Assembly: GCA_012295275.1 (NCBI GenBank)
Contig: CM022665.1
Location: forward strand, 37,014,001-37,078,000
Length of the DNA stretch: 64,000 nt
Source of the DNA: Chrysomallon squamiferum
Lineage: Eukaryota > Animalia > Mollusca
Direction: 5' to 3'
Part shown: piece by piece, positions 56,804 to 64,000 of the stretch
How the letters are laid out: each line of letters opens with the position of its first letter
Numbering within the stretch: position 1 is the stretch's first letter
The notes under the pieces: model-generated
What the model was told of the DNA's origin: nothing
The model's database searches: none
Seen by the model: the letters and a program-made list of their open reading frames with translations, nothing else
Position numbers and translations under genes: made by a program

Positions 56804-57733
56804 TATATTACTGCTGCAAGTTATTATTTGATTATAATGTATTATTGCATTATTGGCTTGTTACATAAATGCTATTCTTCCTTGTAATCAGTACTCTTTA
56901 TTAGCTATTCAGTGCTTGGTAATTATAATTAAATATTAAACAATGTGGATGTGTGTTATTAATATTATATAATCTCTGTTCAGAGTAAATACAGAAGTGT
57001 GCCAGATATGCATTTAGTTATAAAACCAATGAATCTGTTTTTAGTAAGAAACAGTACAGCAGCAATTATAATCATTTTTAAAGATGGAAATCATTTTTCA
57101 TTTTAAAATCTGAGAGTTAAGGTATATAATGGCAAGAAAAAAAATAATAATTAAAAAAAAAAAATTATGTAAAAATATATATGTAGTACTGAAAAGTAAT
57201 AAAGACAGAGATAGAATCAAGTTGTTTTATATTTATGATGAAATAGTTATCACAAATGTGTCTGAAAATCTGCCACCAAAACATTATAATAAATGAGGAG
57301 AAAAAGATTCAGATCATTAAGATTTTCAGCTGTGTAAATGTTAACCTTGGCCTCCTCACTTGACCAACACAAGATTTCTAAAACTGGGGTGCACCTGTTA
57401 GAAAACAATTTCCTGACAGTTCTGCTATGTGGCCCAATAAGTAAAGTGTACACAGCTTATACCAGATTACTCTAAAAATTCTTGGTGATTTAATATGTGT
57501 TAACTTTTATATAGTCAGACTACACATACAATTATTTCAATATAAACACAAACATAGATGGAAAGAGTACACTTCAATGACAGTTCTGGGTTGTTTATGT
57601 TTAATTAGTATTATTATTATTGTTAATTTGCTCTTAACCAAAATATTTTGAAAATTAAAGGATTTTTCTGATTAAAATATTTTTAAATTAATTAAACTGT
57701 AAATTTTAAGTAAAAAAAGTAAATAAAATTTAA

Positions 57734-57775
<42 letters not shown>

Positions 57776-58834
57776 AAGCATTAATATATATTATAGTGAT
57801 AAACAGATTTACAAAAATGACCTTTCTATATACAAGGGATAGACAACAAAATGGACTGTTTAATTAAAATTAATTTGCCTTCATAACAGGTTTAAGAAGG
57901 CAACAAATGTTAAAATATTAAATATTAAAATCAGTGTAGATTGTTGGATGAATGTAATGCATGTATGAATATTTAACTTCTAAACAGGTTAATGATTATA
58001 ATTTCAAATGTGAGGTTATAATGTTGAGGTCTTCTCTGACGTACACTACAGCCTTTCCTGAATTACTTTTAAATGATAAACACAAGAACATCATTTTTTT
58101 TCTTTTATGCAATAACAGGGAAAAACATACCACAGATTTTGATGTACCAGTTATAGAACCTGACTGGAATAGTAAATAACCCATTTCATTTATCATTCAA
58201 CCAATCTTCACTAGACAAGTAAATATTTGGTCAATGAGCTATGCTATACTTTAGGATGATCAGGTGCCAATCTTCAAAATATATTACTATGTTATGGTAT
58301 ATTATGTCATATAACAGACAATGCATGTAAAACATTAATTTCTTGAATTAAGTGCTGAAATGGTTAAATGTTTTCCATTAAGTGGGTGTAAATAAAGACT
58401 CTGAACAATTCCATATGCGAGTGAAAGGGGTCACCAAAATAAGGTCAGTTTCATTGTCCACACTGAAATAAAAATAATAATAATAATAAAAATAATATTT
58501 GTGAAACAGATGGAAAACATTTCCCAGTAGCATTGTCAGATTTTAAGGTCACAGCAATGAAGCTGTCCTAGTTTTAAATAAATCAAACATATTAATTTGT
58601 TTCTCTTTCTCTCTGCATAAAGTTAATTTATCCACATATAAAAAAAAAATGTTTTGCTTCATTGAATTGAATGATATAGAGAATATACGCATCATACATA
58701 CATATACATCAAAATGCCTAAACAAACACACAGTGATATAAAATAAACTTAAGTTGAACTTTATCCATAATGGTTTGAAATAAGCTATACTCGTGTTACA
58801 AAAACAAACAAACAATTGAATGAACTAATGCAAC

Positions 58835-58873
<39 letters not shown>

Positions 58874-60482
58874 TAATGCAAACACAAATTCAAATTTGAT
58901 TAGATTTTAACAATAATTATTATGAAACACAATCAGTAGATGTAACAGAAAGAGAAACAACAAACTGTCAGTAACATTTTACCTTTATTAATAACAACTG
59001 AAATTTTGTTTTAAAAGATCACAGCCATATTAATCATACACATGTAGATCATGACATAATAGTGATACACTCTGTTTTTATTTGTATGTATGTATCATTA
59101 TTGTTTGTGTGTGTGTGTGTGTGTGTGTAAATTTGTTTTTATAAATATATATTTTTTGTATGTATTATTATCATGTATGCATATGTAGGTATGAATACCT
59201 CTATTTTATAGGTTGCCATTTATTAAATCATAAATAAGTATACTATCAACATTTTCCACCAAACATTTGCTCCAGTAATTAAAAAGGAAAGATTTTTTGT
59301 AAGCCTGTGTGATAAATTAATCGTTATCTTTTACTTCCCTGCCTGCTTGTAATGCTACAGATGTTGCCTAATAATTGATTAAAAGCAGAATACTAATAAC
59401 ATTGACCTATTAATTTTACATGTACATAAACAAATAAAAAGTGCCTATTTATTTTGCTCAGTGAAGTGTTACATAAATGTTTACTGAATTGGATGGATTG
59501 ATAGATCAGAGACATTCAGAATGCTAACTGTTAACCTCCTGTTTCAGTAACATTTAGGTTAGACATTAAGAAATGTGGACTACTTTACTTTGAGAACATA
59601 CACTAACTTAAAAAAAATGATATCTTGTAAATTTCTTATTGTCCAAGTTTTGGTTAAACTATTCCTTCTTTTTATGCTTATTAAGTTATTATAATCTGAA
59701 AATGTTAATAGTGCCAAATAACATTAAGCACAGATGCTAAACATTATAAGGAGGCCCTGTTTAGAGTAATTGGTGATATCAGACTGCACTGGAATGATAT
59801 ACTTGAATTTTGTTACATCAATACAGTGGGAGAGAAAAAAAAAAAAAAAAAATTACAAAAATAATACTAGCTATAATAACAACCTTTAACCACCTGATCA
59901 GTGGCAAAAATATTCTCCAACGTGCTTCAAAATAATCACCATACTGTTATCTCTAACTGGACTTTCAGCTTTTTACATAAAAGATTTATCATCAAATCAA
60001 ATGTCAAGTATACATAGAGATATTTTTTAACAGTACATTTTTTTAAAAATAGTAAATGTTGTACATCTGCAGTATAGTGATACACAATCTAACCATCAGT
60101 ATATTTATTTGGAAGCTGTCAACAGCATGTTTATGTATTAAATATGTTGCAGATTTAATATTGCTCAACATGAAATATAATAAAAAAATCAGGCATATCA
60201 TTGCTTTCCAAATTAATACAGAAAAACCTGCCTTTTAATGACTTCTCATGATATTCAAATTCTTCACAATCCTCGGTCAATATATGCCTTAAAAGTGACA
60301 TTTTTCTCTATTTACTTTAAAAACAAATACTCTGCGACTGTACGTAACAATATTTTATGAGAATGATAGACTGCATCATATTTATAGGAACGACAGCTGT
60401 GCACATCAACTAACCAATAGTTATGGCTTTAATTTTTCTATTGTGGCTGAAATAAAATTATTGAATTTTGTACTGTACGAAC

Positions 60483-60594
60483 CCAATATATCCATGCTGC
60501 CAGCTGATGGTATTTCGGCATGGGTTGAACTGGCAGCTTCCTCTACACCATTCTCATACAAAGTCAGCATGTGTACTGTATCCCGGTCACACAT
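60483..60594 (-). CDS. Candidate alternative first coding exon of EML (MCDRDTVHMLTLYENGVEEAASSTHAEIPSAGSMDIL)
   Basis: GC-richer open stretch in a locally CpG-retaining region, ending TTG G|GTTCGT (phase 1, weak donor) and followed by AT-rich intron-like sequence. Confidence 0.4.
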
Positions 60595-61084
60595 TTATTT
60601 GCTTTTTCTTCTTTTTTTTTACATCAGAATCAATAACCCAGATGTGTGCAGAACAAGCTCAACTTAACTTCCATTCAATCAATATAACCTAGACCACAGC
60701 ATCATTGACAGGGGAAACAACTCCAATGTACATCATTAATACTACTTCACTGAAAATGAGCTGCACTGTGCTTACTTTTTTTTTTTTTTTTTTTTTTTTA
60801 GCATTCAGATATCTGACTCAGGTGAATAGGTGTTGAGATAATTGGCTTCCAAATGTACCATTAGAAAAGATCAGAGCCCTTTTAGCACAATTCACTTCTT
60901 TTCTTTAAGCCATGGCTTTTTATGTTTCAACAGGGTGTGAAATTCACAATGTGTTTATTTGAACCTGATGATCCATAAAACTTAGAAACTATTAATATCT
61001 CTGTACAATTGAATGACATGATGGAAGCACACAGAAAACTCAACAACCCCTTTCAGTGTAGTGAGTACTGTTAACGTTTATTGG

Positions 61085-61409
61085 TTTGGTTTGCAGCTAA
61101 TGGATAGTTACTAAAATTATGGTTCAAGAATGGTTGTCATGGCCTAAATTACAAAATCTCCAAAAAAACACCACCACCACCACCACCACCACCAAAATGA
61201 TACTAAAAAATGAATGTATAAAGTTTTAAATATAATTTTCCATATCAAAGTATTAAATTTATTTAAACTAGGTTACTCAATAAATGCTTCTGTTTGGTGA
61301 TAGATAGTTATCAAAATTATGGTTGATGCATGTTTGTCATGGACTCATTTTAAAAAAAAAGAAAAATAAAAAAGTAAATAAAAATAAAAACACCTAAAAA
61401 CACTATTTA

Positions 61410-61443
<34 letters not shown>

Positions 61444-61860
61444 GTTTTAAATATATTTTCCATATCAAAATATTAAATTAAACAAAAGTTCTTATTCAAT
61501 GCATGTTTTTTTAATAAATGCTACCGTTTGGAAATGGATAGCTATTAAAATTATGGCTCAAGCTTGTTTGTCATGTACTAAATTAAAGAATAAAAATCAA
61601 TAAATGCCAATGTTTGTTTAGCAAAGATAAGAGTGAGAGTAATTGGTGTGTTTTCTTTTAAACATATAAAGTTTTAAATATAACTTTCCATATAAAAATA
61701 TTTGATTTAATGAATTAGGTTTAAATTAGGTTTAACAATAAAAGCTATTGTTTGTTTAGTAAAAAAATAAGGACATTTATAATATTAAAACAGGAAATAT
61801 ATATAATTTTAAAAATAACTTTCCATACCAGAATATTAAATTTAATAAACAACTTATCTG
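61085..61860. repeat. ~200-235-bp degenerate tandem repeat, 3-4 copies
   Basis: GATAGTTA..AAAATTATGG...TTGTCATG and AGTTTTAAATATAA.TTTCCATAT recur at about 61100, 61300 and 61535, and partially at 61800. Confidence 0.8.
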
Positions 61861-62875
61861 AAGAAAAGATGTTGAATAAATGTGTTTGTTTAATCAAAAT
61901 ATGATACAGGAAAGTTTTACTTTGAACCTTATCTTTGATAATGTTGGAGTATCATGGTCATGGATATATTCAGTTTTAATATTTATCAAATATTTTAAAA
62001 TTATTATCTCAACACATAGGATGTTTGTTTTATTCTGTCAAGATGAATATTACAGTGTAATATATTATATAATATTGAGATCTTTCATTTATAAGTTACA
62101 AAATTTATAAATTTTTAAGATCATATGAAATAAGCATGTAAAATATTTTCTTTTGAAAGACACCTTTAAAATTTAATTTTATTGGTATTCAGAATTTATT
62201 TATTTAGTAGTTATCTCATCATTTTTGAAATAACAATAACAATAACAATAATACTATTAATAATTAAATAAAAATAAAACATTCTGCCATATCTTCTAAG
62301 TGCATGGTCAGAAAAATAATGTTTATGGTCAGGATTTTCCCCATTCTGATGTTAGTATTAAACAACACTGTGCTGTGTATTCCACTAAACTCCAGCAAAC
62401 ATAGCTAAAAGGTACGTATGCATTTATGCCCCTTTCCCTAAAAAAAAAAAAAAAAAAATTGTGAGTTTAGAGTGAAAACAATATATAAACTGTGAATTTC
62501 CATCCAGTCGCGTTGTCAGTCAAGATCTATTTGTAGTTTTAAGGATTTTTCAGTCACATTATTGGTAAAGGTCCATTAAACCATCAAAGATTGTATTTAT
62601 ATTTATTTTCAAATACTTTGTTTTCTTATAATTATATTAAGACATTACAAAATTATATTGAAAAAAAAAAAAAAAAAAAAAAAAAAAACCAAGGTAAATA
62701 ATTTAAATAATTTGCAAAAACACATTTTCATGTAAAGAACAATATTTATTTTTGAATTTATACATTTTAATACAAAATGCAAATGTTAAACATAATTAAA
62801 TTTATTGTCTTTATAAATATACATTTTCTAACCCTGAATTTGACTTAATATCTTAATAAAGTGCAGCTGCAAATA

Positions 62876-63072
62876 CAGTGGTACCTTGACTTACAAGTTT
62901 AATAAATTCCGTGACCGAGCTTGTAACTGAAATTTGCTTGTATATCAAATCAATTTTCCCAAATAAAATTAATTGAAATACCATTAATCCATTCCAGCCC
63001 CCCAAAACACCCCAATGTTAACAAACATTTTTAAATAAGATAAATGTATGTATAACTGACAAATATTGTATA

Positions 63073-63103
<31 letters not shown>

Positions 63104-63654
63104 TGTAAAGAAATAAATTGGTTTTGTAAAGTGTACAGGGTTAGGGTTTCTCCATCTTTTCATGGACAGAGGTTTGCAGCTTAGAAATTATTTTAACGCC
63201 TTAGGCTGGAGTTACAGCCTTTATCGACTCCTTCTGCTTCAGTATGGTACTTGTAGTAAAATTACTACACTCGTACTGCCTGGCCATGTTGACTACATGC
63301 ACACCTTGCTCATGTTTTTCTATGAATTCATGCTTTAATTCAATGGACATCATCCGCTTCTTCTTCTCAGCACTGCCCTTTGCATTCACTTTCTTAGGAT
63401 CCACAGAAATTTGCCAAAATAGTGCACAAATCGTGAGCATAACACAAAAGTGATGGTTCCACAGTGAGGTAACCATGTGAAACAAATGAGTGAGATGCAG
63501 GATGCTGGGCGGATGTTGTGTTGTTCGTTGCACCAAATAGCTCATAACTCAGATTTTGGCTCACAACTCAAAGCAAAAAATTGACCAATGGCTGCTCAAA
63601 ATTTTACCAATAGCTGCTCCTAAGTTGGAGCCCTGGTAACTCAAGGTACCACTG
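62876..63654 (-). mobile_element. Tigger/pogo-family DNA transposon, internally deleted, non-autonomous (779 bp)
   Basis: TIRs CAGTGGTACCTTGACTTACAAG and CAGTGGTACCTTGAGTTACCAG, flanked by TA target-site duplications. Minus-strand remnant of the CENP-B/psq-type HTH N-terminus (PKKVNAKGSAEKKKRMMSIELKHEFIEKHEQG...TSTILKQKESIKAVTPA*GVKIISKLQTSVHEKMEK) with a stop codon and no DDE domain. Confidence 0.92.
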
Positions 63655-64000
63655 TATTTTATAGCAATTTGTTTCTTTTTGTTAAGTTTTGAAATTATTA
63701 TTAATTTGTATTAATCTGAGTTTGCTCTAAAATTTAATAAATTTGTTCTACATTGGAGATGTCATAATTAAACAAAATGGAACTAGTCAATGTTTTTGGT
63801 CACTGAATTCTTTTCATTATCCATCAGGACATTATTATATTATATTTCAGATTAAACAAGAGAATATATAAATATATATTTATCAATAGATTTATGATTC
63901 ATTTTTATTTAGTTAGGAAAAAAAAAAATATTACAAATTAGTGTCAAGAAAAAGAACATTTATTTAAAACATAAAAAAATGTACTTCTCTGTTGACTGTG

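Overview
AT-rich, CpG-depleted metazoan genomic DNA, probably a mollusc or other lophotrochozoan (inferred from protein and repeat style, not proven). Three intron-rich genes were reconstructed by hand from splice signals and exon phase. (1) The 5' half of adenylate kinase 9 (AK9, minus strand, 21 coding exons, runs off the left edge). (2) A complete MRPS5 (plus strand, 11 exons, 436 aa), head-to-head with AK9 across a ~200-bp CpG-rich promoter. (3) A complete EML/EMAP-family microtubule-associated protein gene (minus strand, 21 exons, 811 aa), tail-to-tail with MRPS5. The EML gene holds most of the unusual signals: a U12-type intron, a GC-AG intron, a ~400-bp near-perfect foldback hairpin inside an intron, several frame-preserving candidate cassette exons and microexons (6, 33, 33, 48 and 48 nt; two apparently made by tandem duplication of an exon end), and candidate alternative first exons including a coiled-coil-less short isoform. 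Repeats include an internally deleted Tigger transposon, two copies of a hAT-like MITE, degraded SINEs and many mini- and microsatellites. Most ORFs in the supplied track are low-complexity or antisense artefacts. No wholly new gene system is evident, and the alternative-splicing calls are predictions that need RNA data.
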